Source: Negaprion brevirostris
Taxonomy: Eukaryota
Assembly: GCA_030324005.1 (NCBI GenBank)
Contig: JARDVH010000149.1
Coordinates: forward strand, 21,186,697 to 21,250,696
Direction of reading: 5' to 3'
Length of the DNA: 64,000 nt
Made by a program: the position numbers and the translations under genes. Below the pieces are notes generated by a model. That model was given only the letters and a program-made list of their open reading frames with translations, had not been told where the DNA came from and searched no databases. Below, one piece after another: positions 25,233 to 39,287 of this stretch. Position 1 is the first letter of the stretch. Every line of letters starts with the position of its first letter.

Positions 25233-27099
25233 GTGAGACAGCCAAGGAACTTAACGTTAGCTTCTGGTTTGTGACAAAAATCACATTTCAGCTGACAGAC
25301 ATGATTCTCATATCCTTTCCCAACAGGTCATTGTACTAAGGGGTCAGTCCTAACTGCATTGTTTTGGGGACAAGGACCCTCTCTGATTAAAACGGATCTT
25401 TCGTGTATAGTATTTTCAAATTTGTTTTGGGCAAAGGCCCTTTATAGAATAAATAATCACACGCTTCTGGTATTGTTTAATTTTGAACTACACTTTATTG
25501 AACCAGTTCACCTACAGTAAACTGAAAAATTAAAAAGGACATTATCTTTTTCACTAGTTTGTGTAATTATATCCTATTTTTTGTTGATGTAACCACTGAC
25601 AGATTTTGATCTATATTTAGATTGAAGCAATATGTATTCTGTATAGCATAGATCCATGTTTCAGCTTGCAGCGTTATCTTTTATTGCAGCATTCTTAGGA
25701 TAAAACTGGCATGGAACAGATATAATTAAGTAAATATTAAAGTTATAACACTTTGAATTTAATTCACAAATAAAAAGCAAACTGTAAATATCTCTTCATA
25801 ACACCAAAAACTTAATGTAGTACTCAAGACATTTACAGGATCAAGCTGCCAGTGATAGAATTAAGCTGTTGAAATTTACAATACTTGTTCCTATAGGACT
25901 GATAATCAACCAGAAAGTTGACACTATTTTACGAAACTGATTATTAGAAAGCGATTCTGAAAGTTTAAGTTTTAGCAATAGTTCAAATCAGCTTTAAGTT
26001 CTACAGCTACTGCTACATTGCATTTTTAAAACTACATTACTTTACAAGAATATATTTGTTGTATGTTGTGGCAAATGTCTGATTAATAGTAATATTGTTT
26101 TTGGTTAGTTAGACTATCACATTATGAACTTGTAATAATTATATCACAATTACCATTCCTTCAATGATTATTAAGTATCATTTTATAGAGAAACCAAGCC
26201 CCTATCTGATGTGACACTTGGTACTAGCAAAAATATAAACAAATGGAAGTAGAATAAAACTGCCGCATCAATTCTACAATGATTGTAGCTTTTAACAGAA
26301 GAAACTTGATTTACAAGTGTGACCTCAGAAGATATAGCCTATCCATTTCTAAACGGGTTGTATTGAATCATTGTTTTTAAAATCTCACTTACATCTCCTT
26401 TTAAACTGGTGTTTTTCAGAGTGAAAAGATGTTTTTCTTGGCTCTATCCTTATAACTAAAAAATGCTTAAATTTTATAATGCCTTGGTTACCATGCTCTG
26501 CACCTTCTCCAGAATTCCAATTTTCTTCTTGTACAGGAACAAAACTGGACACGATACTCAAAATGTAAATGTTCAATGTTTTCTACTCATTGGTCCACGC
26601 AATATATTCTAAAATCTTAATGGTTGTCCTTATAACAGTCTCACACTGTGCAACATTTTTAATAAATGATTGAGTCTAAGCCTAGGTCTGTTTAAATATT
26701 TAACCTTTAATGCATACATCTAATTTCATGTGCAAAACAGCTAAATGACACCTGTCATAAGTAAGGCCATTCACTTAATGTAACTAAAGCAGCTTTTTGT
26801 CACAGTGTGTTTACTGATTGGTAAATTAGAAGTTGTGTGTGTGAGACATTAGAAGTGTACGTTATACTGTAAGAGTATCTGGGATGAATAAATTGAAAAG
26901 CTATTCTGATTAACTCAAATAACTACTATTAACTAACGTTTGGATCAAATATTGTCACTTTTAAGAAGCTATTAATGAAAAACAGCAAACTATGTGAAGC
27001 CAATAAATGAAATTGTCCTATATAATATATCTCTGCTGTTTTGTTTTTCAAACTGCTTTAGGGTACCATTTTGACTCCTGCCTCACTTAAATGATCTGG

Positions 27100-27990
27100 A
27101 GGAAAATGTAGGGGTGTCTGATTAATCAGTATGCAGATGATACGAAGATTGGTGGAGTTGCTGATAGTGCCGGAGATTGTGAGAGGATGCAACAGGATAT
27201 AGATAGATTGGAGACTTGGGCACAGGAATAGCAGATGGGTTTTAATCCGGACAAATGCAAGGTGATGCATTTGGAGGATCGAATGTAGGTGTGAATTATA
27301 CTGTAAACAGCAGAACCCTTAAGAACATTAACATACAGAGGGATCGGGACATGCAGGTCCACATTTCCCTAAAAGTGGCAACACAGGTGGCCAGGGTGAT
27401 CAAGAAAGCATATGGCATTGAGTACGAGAGTTGGGAAATAATGTTACAGCTATATAGAACTAGTTCAGCTGTATTTGGCGTATTGCCTGCTGTTCTGGTC
27501 ACTACAGTATCAGAAGTTCATGGATGTTTTGGAGAGAGTGCAAAGAAGATTCACCAGGATGTTGTCTGGTCTTGAAGGTGTTGACAATGAGGAGACAGAG
27601 TCTGAGGGAAGACCTGATAGGGGTCTACAAAATCATGAGAGGCATAGACAGAGTGGATAGTTAGAGGCTTTTTTCAAGGGTGGAAGTGTCAAACATAAAG
27701 GGGCACAGGTTCAAGCTGAGAAGGGGAAAGGTGAAGGGAGATGTGCAGGGGAAGTTTTTCATGCAGTATGTGGTAGGTGCCTAGAACGTGCTCTCAGAGG
27801 AGGCGATGGATGCAGGCACATTAGCAATACTTAAGAGGCACCTGGATAGGCACATGAATAGAAAGGGAATAAAGGGATACAGACCGTGTGAGGGCAGGAA
27901 GTTTTTTTAAATTTAGGGCATCATGATTGACACAGGCTTAGAAGGCTGAAGAAGCTGTTCCTGTGCTGTATTTTCTTTTTGCTTTCTTTG
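27100..27990 (+). mobile_element. CR1 LINE, 5'-truncated
   Basis: YADDTKIGG motif at about 27130, LERVQRRFTRM motif, and a 3' tail ending cctgtgctgta. Confidence 0.9.
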
Positions 27991-28290
27991 TTATTTTGGC
28001 TATGGTCAAATACACTCTCTCTATTGAACCCAGTGAAAGTCTATGGATTTCTCTTCAGAATTCTCCCACTTCCCCCGGATCGTTAGCACAGGAGAGTTTC
28101 AAAACCGCTCCGAAAAAAAAGCTTTAAAATCTCCTTTCCCAACAATGCTTTCCATCAATGCTTTGCATTCCTAAATCTAGTCCAGGTTTGCCAAATGACT
28201 CTTTTAAACAGCTGTTCCACTCCACTTTTAACACAATTATAATCCAGGTTCTATAATTCCCCCTTCAGGACTTCTTTGTTTTGACTGTTG

Positions 28291-29074
28291 TGTTAAGACC
28301 CAGGCCAGAAACTCCAAGGTATTGTCTGAAGTTAGCTTAGACCCCAAGTTTTATATTTGATTTTGGCATGGGTGACCATAAGGTGTTTAATTCCAGGTAT
28401 GATTCAAGTGATCCACTAGGAAGCTTTTGTCAAATTTTATTTAAGAACACAATTAAAATATAACAAAAAGAATTAGAATAACTTTTACCAATTACAAGAC
28501 TTAAACATGACACAGTATAACGCCTAACAGCTAATTATCTCTGCTGTTCCAAAGTAAAACAACATCCCACGGACATGCACTATTCCTTAGACTTTGCTAG
28601 CACAGCAGTTTTCAAAGGATGATATATCCTCAAAGCAGCCAAATTTCAGAGAGGTCAACTTAATCTCTGGTCACTTCTAATCTTCAGACTCCAGAGAGGA
28701 GGAAACCACTGTTGTTTCTCTCAGCTTCTAGACAGCAAAACTCAAACTCCACAGAAGGAGAAAAACTCTGCTGTTTCTCTCAGATGCAAACAGATTCTGA
28801 AAACAAAACTAAAACTGGAATGCTCTGAAAAATAGCTGACCTCAGTCACATGATATGACCTGTCAATTTACCCCCAACCAAACTCTATTCAGTGATCCCA
28901 GGGTAACATTAAAACCACAGAACGCTGCAGCAGTTCAGATTAAAATCAACATGATGTCAATTATCCTGCTTCAATAACAATAGCGGACACCACTACAGAC
29001 AACATGATGCCAACAAAACATCCTGTAGAGAAACATGAGTAAAATGTACATCTTAAAGGCACAGTATTGTCACA
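28291..29074. mobile_element. Probable solo LTR
   Basis: TG...CA termini (tgttaag / gtcaca) flanked by gttg / gctg, a possible 4-bp target-site duplication with one mismatch. No coding remnant. Resembles recalled shark LTRs. Confidence 0.55.
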
Positions 29075-29789
29075 GCTGTACAAACTGTTCACCATTGCTT
29101 TAACNNNNNNNNNNGTTCATATACTATTGAAATGGCATCAAACTTTTGATTTATCCCTGAAGTCTGCTTTCCCATTTTAGCTGTGGTTATTGCAGCTGCC
29201 TCTTTACTCAGAGCACTTTATTTATTTCCCCCTTGAATTCTCCTGAACAATACCTTGATTTCTGATCTCTTAATTTTAGCCTTCTGAAGACATTATTTAT
29301 GTTCCAATGCCCTGGTTGTCTGTACTGTATCTGGTTTTTTGGGAGGTCTGTCTCTTTGCAACTCCCTTGCCTTGATCAGCTTTTTCTGACAGAGTTGAGA
29401 GATGTTCACTCCCTGGTATCGTCCATCAACTGCAGCTAAAATTAAATTCAAAAGCCCCCGACCTTANNNNNNNNNNTGTTAAGCAACCATTGCTACTTCT
29501 GCCAGCTCTGTTTACTCTTCACACAGTTTCTGTTGTGCTTGGAGAGGGTTACAGAGTTGAAATTGAAACTAACCCCCGCACACGCATTTTTGTTCAGCAT
29601 GAATCCACCCTTCCAGTCTTTAAGTTAAACTTGTTTTAAACCATACCTTATTTCTAATGTCTACCAATAAAAGTATGATTCCCATAAAACTACTTTTGTT
29701 TTTCTAATACTAAGCTCCATCAGATGACAGCAGCAGGGAGATGAGATACTCCCAGGTTGCTATTGCTGACTCAATTGACTGTATCAGCC

Positions 29790-31000
29790 AATTGCTCATT
29801 GCGAGGCGTACATCATATTTGCGGTGGTGTTTAGATGAAATCGGTCAATGATGTTAAAGAGAAAGCCTACGTGATGTACAATATAAATGCAACTGCAAAA
29901 AACACTGCATGATGTGAAAGTAGCTGAGACAACCATGCAGATGACAGGGAGATATTGTGCAAATAAACGTTGGATCAACTTATTTCAAGAAATCTAAACT
30001 GTCCATGACAAAGGAAATCTACAAAGTATGTATGAAGGTATCAAGAGGGCGCTTGCTCTTCCCATTGTCAAAGCTGTCACCTTGGAGGTTGGCAAATGGT
30101 GACATACTCACCATTTCTAACTGGGCTGACCACTGCTGTGACATCTCCTCGCCTGTGCTTGATGCAATCTTGCAGTTTGCTGTCATGGATGAGACAGATA
30201 AAGGAACTTCTTCACTTGAGCTTGAGAAGGCCATAGACCACTTAACAAATAAAGACATGTGACAAGGGTGGAATTCCAGCTGAACTGTACAAGTACAGAA
30301 AATCCCATTTCTTACCGCACTCCTCTGCTGGAAACCAGGTCCTGGTCCACAGGAAATGCATTATGCGAAAATTATTACACTACAAAAGTGAGGGTGATGG
30401 AGAAAGTTGCACAACTTCAAGGCACTTCACCCCTTAACATTGGGAAAGGTCATACTTAAAATACTTTAGCCACTTGCAGACAGTTTCTGTGCAGACGATT
30501 GACTGTGTATATGATTTCTGCATGCGTCAGATGCAAGAGAAATGTAGGGAACAGAGTATACCTCTTTATTTTACATTTGTTGATCTCACTAAGGCATTAA
30601 AACAATACTTCTTACTGTACCCCAATACATATGACGATAATAAATCAAATCAAAAACTGGCAGTCCAACAGAGCCCCTCAGTTTCATCTGCTAATTCCGT
30701 AACACACTGCTGTGCAGCTTGATAGTTCTACTAACAACAGTTTCTGAGTGAAGAATGGAATGAAATAGGGCTGTGCCCCATTCTGCTTGGCATCCTAATC
30801 TCCATGCTCCTGACCTTTGCCTTCCCTGCTGAAAAGGAAGGGGTACACTTGCATTCCAGGTCAGAGGGCAGTCTCTAGAGTTCATAAAGACTGAAAGTGA
30901 AAACTAAAACACAATACATACTGATCAAAGAAATCTATGCTGATGATGCTGTGCTAAGTGTCCATACCAAACCTCAGTTACAAAGAAGCATCAACTGTCC
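29790..31000 (+). mobile_element. RTE-clade LINE, decayed RT region
   Basis: RQMQEKCREQSIPLYFTFVDLTKA (RTE signature) and YADDA at 30936. Confidence 0.85.
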
Positions 31001-31081
31001 GGATCACAATCTCGGCTCACATCCTGTCTTCAGTTGTCTATGCTGATTCCATCTTCAGCTGTCTGTCCTGATTATGTGTAC

Positions 31082-31083
<2 letters not shown>

Positions 31084-31113
<30 letters not shown>
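31084..31113. repeat. (CA)15 microsatellite
   Basis: Directly visible. Confidence 0.95.
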
Positions 31114-31115
<2 letters not shown>

Positions 31116-32566
31116 ACTGCACCTAAATGTGCCTTCTCTGTACTCTCCTCTGTTGCAGCTCCTTAATGCTGGCCATGTGGCTTCTCTCTTAACTTCCTTC
31201 CTGTTGATACCATTTCCAGGTGAATGTTTGCCAGATCACATGGATCAGTTTTTCTTCAAGAAAGTTACAACTGATACAAACTCTTAAGTCCTTTTCACAC
31301 ATTCTCAAGATCAATTGCATATTCCGCATCATTTTTAAAAAATTACAAATTTTCCTTACCATTCAGCTTCCTGGTCAAATATGGTACATGTGCCCAATTA
31401 AATGTAAGTGAACTGAACTAAATAGTATTTCTAAAGTTTTTTTTAAAAAGTCAATAAATATCATTTGGATAATCACATGCCATGGTACTATTATCCAAAT
31501 TCAGTACCTAAGACATCAAAATAGTAGAAATAGTATACTATTTATATGGCACCCATTTAATTAATTCCATTCAGTTCTTGTTTACTCCTTTCTGCTACTT
31601 ATGTTGAAAGAATGTTGGTGATTCAGCCTTTTAATCGTTTCATTCTGTTCTAGTCTGCCATTCTATGTGGTTTAATACAGGAGAGCTTCCTTGCTTAACC
31701 ATCAGCTATGACATGCTGTCACTATTGATGCTAGGAACTTATTTATGTTCCTATTCCATTTTAATTGGATTATTACAAGTCTAAAAATTTATGTGGCTCT
31801 CAGTCGGTTCCTTCAGAAGTTTGTAACAACAATTTGAAAAAGTCGTATCCCCCTTGTATGGTAATGATAAACACTCTTGTCTTATTTCGTAAATTGATGA
31901 TTCCAGTGTTTTATATTTTAGTTGGGTTTTGTACTTTTTTGTTGTTTCCTCCCATGGCAAATACTATTCAAACCAAGAGGTTGACATGACACATGATTAT
32001 TTCACTTCCTCATCAGTGTCCTGTTATTTGCCCCTGGCAGCTTGGTTGAACTCAGGAATTCAGTTAGTGAGGATCATGGTTGTGAGCCTATAAACTAGCA
32101 CCCTGCAGTATAGCAGTTAACATGTACCATTTAGCTGCTTGACTCAGTGTTTTTATGGTTTCAATACTTAATTAGATGGGGGAGTATAACTCTTCTAAAT
32201 GAGTTCTAAATAATGATTAAGGCAGGATACAGGTAGCTGACTTTGTGATTGATTGGATATAATTATGTGATGTAGAGTAACTGATACACACTCTTGTGCA
32301 GCAGATTGCATGAGATTTATCATCTTGGTTTAATTTGAATTGGTATGAAAAAGTAAGGTTGTCATAGTTTACCTCGCATATTTGTATGCTTTTTGACCAT
32401 CTTTCTCAACATAGTTCTATCCCACTCCCCTTGCTGTGCTTTGAAACCCAGCTTTAATGTTGCCCTCTATCTCTTCCTGTTACCTGCTCTCTGCTACTTT
32501 TGGCCTTCTTTACTTGCTTTACTTTGCTGTACTTCCTTGGAGTTGACCCATGTTCTACTTCCTGTC

Positions 32567-32817
32567 ATGATGTGGAGATGCTGGCATTGGGCTGGGGTAA
32601 ACACAGTAAGAAGTCTCANNNNNNNNNNNNNNNNNNNNNNNNNNNNNNNNNNNNNNNNNNNNNNNNNNNNNNNNNNNNNNNNNNNNNNNNNNNNNNNNNN
32701 NNNNNNNNNNNNNNNNNNAGAAGTCTCACAACATCAGGTTAAAGTCCAACAGGTTTATTTGGTAGCAAATGTCACCAGCTTTCGGAGCTCTGCTCCTTTG
32801 TCAGGTGAGTGGGAGTT
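32567..32817 (-). mobile_element. Penelope-like pLTR insertion with decayed hammerhead core
   Basis: The minus strand at 32773-32807 reads cac-CTGACAA-a-ggagc-aga-gctcc-GAAA-gctg-gtg. ctgtcat is repeated at both ends. Contains a 100-N gap. Confidence 0.75.
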
Positions 32818-35800
32818 CTGTCATCCATATTTCACTGTTCCAAAGCTGTGCTTTCTGGTTGTTTCACTCACGGGTTTTATGTACTGAGGTCTGGGACCCC
32901 CTTAATGTTCTGTTTTATTTCCACTCTTTTCTGTTTTGTGCCTCTCTTTATCTCCAGTTTTGCAATTCATTCCCTCCCACTATACTTTATCTTTTTCCCA
33001 GCCTCTGTATAGAGTGTAGAGGTATTTATGCAGCATATATATCACTTATGATTTGTCAAGAATGTATTCAAAATTTAAAAAAAGTTTTTGCTGACCTCGA
33101 TAATTTGGCTGTTCACTTAATGATAAAAGCCAAGGATTTACAGACTAGTGCTGATCTACATAGACTTCCTCCAACACATAGCCGCTAACTAATCTCAGGC
33201 TCATCCTATTTAAACTAATGCTCCACAACAACTATCTAAGAAATGCCCTGATTAAATGGATTTATAGCTAATTTATAAAAATACTCCATTGTAAAAGTTC
33301 CAAAGCCAATGTGCCGAGTGGAGAGGGCAGACCCAAATCCATCTCTTCGCTTGTTCCAAAAATATCACAACATTTATCGTGGGTAATCTATTTTCCATTA
33401 AGTGCAACTTCTTTTTATAAGACCATTATTATTCAAGATGAACTGGTGGCTAAGCTTACATTCTGGCACAAGGCAACAAGATAAAACCAGAATTACACAA
33501 GACTTCAGTTTATGCAGTGCCAAAATGTTTAGTTTTGAGAATACTCCACGTTCCATTTAAATTGGAAAAATTGACACAAAATGATTGGGTAGTTTACTTC
33601 ACTTGACTATTTTCATTGTTCCATCTACTGTGCATTGCATTTCTGCATTGTATTTTTATCTACATAAATAAAATTATTAATTGCTTATTATTTTTCAGAT
33701 GTTAATTGTAATCAAAAATCCTTTAAAGCAAGATATTATTACTTGAGTGTCTTTTAGTTGGTGGTGAAAGGCAAATTTCAATCAGGAAATAGATTTTCAA
33801 AATATGACATTTTTGTCGCTATATTTAATGTTTACATTTATTTTATATTAAGGATTAGGTTGTCCCTAGTTCTGCAATTCTAAAAATTCTGATGTTGCTG
33901 TTTAGTATGATGTGCCTTTTACTTAGCTGTGATATGTGTATATTAGTATCATTTATTTTAACAGATTGGGAGTTTGGGGCTCTTTAAATAGCATTTATCA
34001 ACATTCAGCCTGCTCTTGCCAGTGCTGAATTTAAGCATCTGGTGTCTTGTGATGGTTTTCAATTAGCAAATACGTAATAGTTGGCATACGTACTCCAAGT
34101 GAAATGTTATATGTAAACAGCTGAATGAAAAATGTACGAAAGGTTGGCTTTGATATTTGAGAGGAAATTGTATAATTAAATTCAGTTTTCCCATTACTGT
34201 ACATATGCCAGTGAATTCCCTTAAACAGTTGTTTTAGTACTACTGCAGATAACTGCTGTCAAAAATTGGGAAGACTTTTGCATTTCTTTCAGATGTTGCT
34301 CGGGCAGAATTTTTAAAGGTGCAGGAACAATAGATACATCTGATGTACAGTATTCAATGGAAGTGTTAATCTGGTGAGCAGAATATGTTACACTTAGTGT
34401 CAGTCTCTTTATTTGGAATGCTCTTTTTGTTTTTGTCCGCGTGTTACATTTCCTTTTCCACTGGGCCTCTTTCCCCGAGTGCAGAGGGTGCGAAGTGAGA
34501 ATTTTTTTTTAATTGAGCAGGAACATGTGGAAGATCAGGGATATCTCGGGGGATTACTGAAAAATTCTGAATTTGTACTTATTGCAGTCTGTGCTTGGAA
34601 CATGGTCTGCTGGGAATAAATGTAGTTAGTGTGACCTCTGACCTAAGAAACTGTTGACATGGATGACAGCCAGAAACTGGCCACAGAACGCCTTTGTTAA
34701 ACTCATTCATTGCTCCTTGAAAATTCTAGTCAGTGTAAGTTGCCAGCTCAAATCTGAGGAATGCAGAGCCCTCGTTCCCATGCTTTGGAAACAGAGGCTG
34801 CCCCTTAACCAGCAAGACTTCTTTAATGGGTGTATGTAGCCCTAAGCTCAATTGAAATTGACAGTTTCCTGGCTTAAGATTGCCAACTGGCAAATCAGTG
34901 AAACATGGGGACAAACAAGGCCCTTTAGGGACCCAAACCAGTGTTTGTATATAGAGAGCACAGCATTAACTCTTCAGCCATTGTTGTGTTCCTCTGCATT
35001 TAAACTGATGCAGTGCTGGAGATTTCTGGCCACAGTTTTAAGAAAAGGAAGCCACTTCCCTAAAATTAGATATTTTAAATGTTTTACTGAAGGAAAAAAG
35101 TTAAGACTTATACCAAGCTATATTTTGTTTTGGTTAAAAGCCTTTGAGATGAAAACTTTGCATGAAACTAGAACTTGGTAACAAAGAAACCGAAGAATGA
35201 ATTAATGGCCAACAAAAAAAGATTTAACTGTATCAAACTGGAGTGAACGTAGCAGAATTTCAAATATTAAGGAGTGTTGTTTTACCAACCTGAAAATACA
35301 TACATTAATATTTCCACATTGTGAGCACATTTTATATAATGGTTCAACGGTTTGTTTTGATCACTTGGAGTGTATAACACTGGACTGTTGAATAGTGTCA
35401 GCACATCGCTAATTATTAATGTACTTATGCTAGTTGCTAATCTGTATTGAGAAATAATTATATATTTTAATATAATTGTGTATTAACAAAATGTCATTGC
35501 TCAGTATCTACTGTATGAAATTTATTCAAAGCTCTGGGGTGAAGAAATGTAGCACCATGAATATTGTTAATATTGTGCAAGACTAGCACAGTTGTAATCT
35601 CAAAGTTAGCATTTAGCCCTAGAACTGAGCCAGTGAAAGAATGTTTAAAAATTTGTTCATCCTTGATTGTCTAACAGTTTTCCCAGTGATGCACACTTTA
35701 AAGTTTAATTCTTAAAAATTTTCTGGAGTTAGAAAATGATTTCAGAAATTGGTAATTTATTATTATGAACATAATGATATTGATAGCACAATATATAATA

Positions 35801-38800
35801 CAACAAATGTGTCATCTTTATAAAGCCTAGCTTGAATTCTGGAAATGCACTAAAGGACAGAATTAGTTGGAAGATCATCATACAGCGTCATTTTCAGCAA
35901 CATTCATTAGACCACCTGAGTGTTTGTACTTTTAGAATTGCATTGTTTTATTAACTCTTGCAAGTAAAATATTTTGACACACTGAAATGATCTCAGTTTT
36001 GCAAAGATTTGGATTGTAATGTTTTGATAAAACTAAACCCAAGACTTTACTTCACAAATCATCGCTACTTTACTAAAATCTGAATATATTCACAAGACAG
36101 GACCTAATGCAATGGAATGTATCCAAAATATAGTGTAGTCTGTCAGGATCTGTTGACTTTTTGGTCCTCAGGTCTTCAATGGTGTGTGTTAATCATTTTT
36201 CAAGCGTTTAATATGAATACACTAAGCACCTAGATTTAAATCTAAATTTAGTTTAATTTGGTATTGTTTTCATAGTTCAAATATGCTTCTCCAAATGAGT
36301 CTTGTATGGTGCAAGTTTTGGCCTAAGCTGGATCTACAATCTGCTTTGCAAGGCCGGAAAATTGCAGTTGGAAAGCTGGGCAAATGCAATAAGATCCACC
36401 AGACTTTGTTGTGAAGCACTAAATTACTATCATAGACACAATGACCGTTATCTGGCCTAAATTAATGGTTTTCAGATTTAGTTGTGTAGCTGTTTGAGTT
36501 AGCGTGGGGCTTATTTATGTTGTTAGTTAAATAACTAAGGACCAAAAAAAAAGAAATCAGATAGTCTTTTAATGCAAGCCCTGTGAGGCATAGCAACTTT
36601 TGATATCAAGATTTGACATAATACTTTCCATTTTAATTGAACACATTATAGTAACTTTGCACTCAGTTACATATGTAATTGTGTGACCTGAAAAAATATA
36701 TCAATAGAATTTACTATTTTAATTGATTTTATGAAGTCCAATCAATGAGGCAACATTTGCTATTGAATATTCTGTTAAATGTCAAGAAATATGTAGTTGA
36801 ACATTTGTATAACCATTATTGTCACTTCTAACATGGATATCGAACTTAAGACAATTTCTGTCGATAGTATGATTCAAGCAATAAGAACTATGGGGAAGAT
36901 TTTCAACTTAATGTTTTGGCATAAAACTGGCATTCTAATCCAGCACTCCTAGCTGAACTGTATCTCTCTGATATAAAATCAACTTTTGTTGATTGATACA
37001 ATGGATAATGAATGTGTGGATTCAGGCATGGACAATAACCTTCAGCCTGAGGCAGAATAATTCACAGTGGATATATGCTATTCTGTTGTAATATAGCAAA
37101 ATAAAGATATTATTGGTGTTGTGTTCAAGGAAGAGATAAAAAAAAGTGTGCAAAAACATCCAACAGATCAGGAATTAGGAATAAATCCAGCCTTAATGGG
37201 AGAGCTTCAGTTAGAAGAATTCAGAAATATTTTTGCAGAGGAGAAGGATGTTATATTACTGATCATACAAGTTAAGCGCAGTACAACAATTTTATTCCTG
37301 GATTAATATTGTGGTAACCTATGACAGAACTGTTTTGCCTAAGGACAGTACTTAACTGGGCACGATCCAGTGTACTGCAAGTCTACTCGATGGGGCTTTC
37401 TGTATATAAATAATGGAACAGTGAAGGGTATCAACTTGAACCAGTGCTTTTTAGTTGAAGCGCTGAATCTGCTTGAAATGTATAAAAACTTTCAAGATGT
37501 GCTTGACTGACAGTTTTGAACAAATTAGTTCGGTGTCTTGCTTATTCAGTATGAATTTGCCTGTATGCCATATAATGAGGTTTTCAGAATTCTGGAAACC
37601 ATTGAATATTTCGAACATGGAAAGTAAACTATTGCAATCTTCATTGCAGTCAGCAGCTATACTTCTAAAGCAAATCAACATTTTTTCCTTCAGAACAAAT
37701 ACATTTCATTTGATTCAAATGTATTTTGAAATTGTTATTTTAACCAGAGCAAACTCCCAATCGTTATAGGTGGCACACCAACTCCTCAAACGCAAGAGAA
37801 TGGAAATTCCAAAGCTGCAGCCTACACTGTTATTGTGCTGTAGAGTTCCGGGAAATGATGGCGCAAGTGAATTTTACTCAAATACAACACCACAATTTCC
37901 TCAACTTATGGGGTGTTTGCCAGAAGTTGAATGTTAATTGTCAATGCTCTGCCACAATCAACTGCAAGATTGAGTTTACTCCGTTAATGTCACTGTGATC
38001 ACTTGCGGACCTTTGAAGAATGATGCTGATGAGTTAAATACGTTCAGTGTGATAATGGAAAACGTTGTTTAAATTGAAAAAAATGTGCACATCAGTGATG
38101 CCTTTCTGATTGTATTTGTGGTCAATAGGTGCAACGTGCAGAACAGCAAGAATTGTTAAACTGAATGGTTTTGTAAAGAAAGAGGGGAAAAAATATGGAC
38201 ATTGCAGTAGGGATGGGTGAAATTCATTGATGAGAGGGTGACTGAGCTCAAATTGTAGGCAGGTGATATGAAGAAGTGCAAGGAAAAGTCTTGTGATCTA
38301 CTTTGGAGAAAATAGAATTCTTTAGGAGTCAGTAGCTGTGACAAATAAATAAAGAAATACAAACAAAAATTACACGTCTGTGAGAGATAATTGCCAGTTT
38401 CTGGTCTTAAATTACCATCTGGATATAACTTTTTCTAATAAGTAATTCAGATTGCTAATCCTGTGAATTGTGACTCTGGTGTTAGTGATCACAGTATGTC
38501 CATTTACACCTTATTAAAATTTAAGTGGTAAATCAGAAATCGTATTGGGATTACAGACTGCCTCAGCAATTGAAGCCTAAAAGCCTCTGGTTTCTGTTCT
38601 GTTCTGTTCTTAGAGCCTCAATAAGAATGGGTGGGGTTCACTGTTCCATCTAATGAACTAACCAGACAGATATAAAAACAGTCCTTAAGGCAATTCTGTT
38701 CTTTGACTTGAACTTGTGCTTGTTCCTATCCATCAAATCTACCTTCAAACATTTATTTTAGACATTCCAAGCCTGGGTAGTATCTTATCACAAGGTATTT

Positions 38801-39139
38801 TTACTTTAGCCATTGGTTGCACTGATTTCCTGCTGTGCTCCCTCTGATGTATATTTTAATTATCTTTGCAGCAAATTATGGCAGTGCAAGATTGAGGATC
38901 ACAGCAGGCTAATTTATGGTGGTGTTGTACAGTTCGATTAATGAGAGTTCTGCCAATATGACCATTGCACCAAATTATCGGCAGGTGTTCCAGGTTGAAG
39001 TCAGAGTCCTGGCACTCAAATATGTCATCTCGATTCAGCAGGATTTGTCAGTTCCAGACAAGGCTAACAGATTGAGCAAAATGAAAAAAATGTTGGGAGA
39101 TGGAGAGAGAAAAGGTTATTAATAGGATATAGTTCAATG

Positions 39140-39287
39140 TAGAACATAGAACATTACAGCGCAGTACCGTCCCTTCGGCCCTCGATGTTGCGCCAACCAG
39201 TGGAACCAAACTAATGACCCTCTAACCTAAACTATTCCAATATTATCCATATGCCTTTCCAATGACCATTTGAATGCCCTTAAAGTT
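39140..39287 (-). mobile_element. CR1 LINE 3' end, running into an N gap
   Basis: (tagaaca)n tail, cccttcggccctcgatgttg, and minus-frame AFKWSLERHMD (CR1 ORF2 C-terminus FK..LD..M). Confidence 0.8.

Noticed and set aside
36231-36244. Perfect palindrome tagatttaaatcta
   Set aside because: Short and AT-rich, compatible with chance, with no associated structure.
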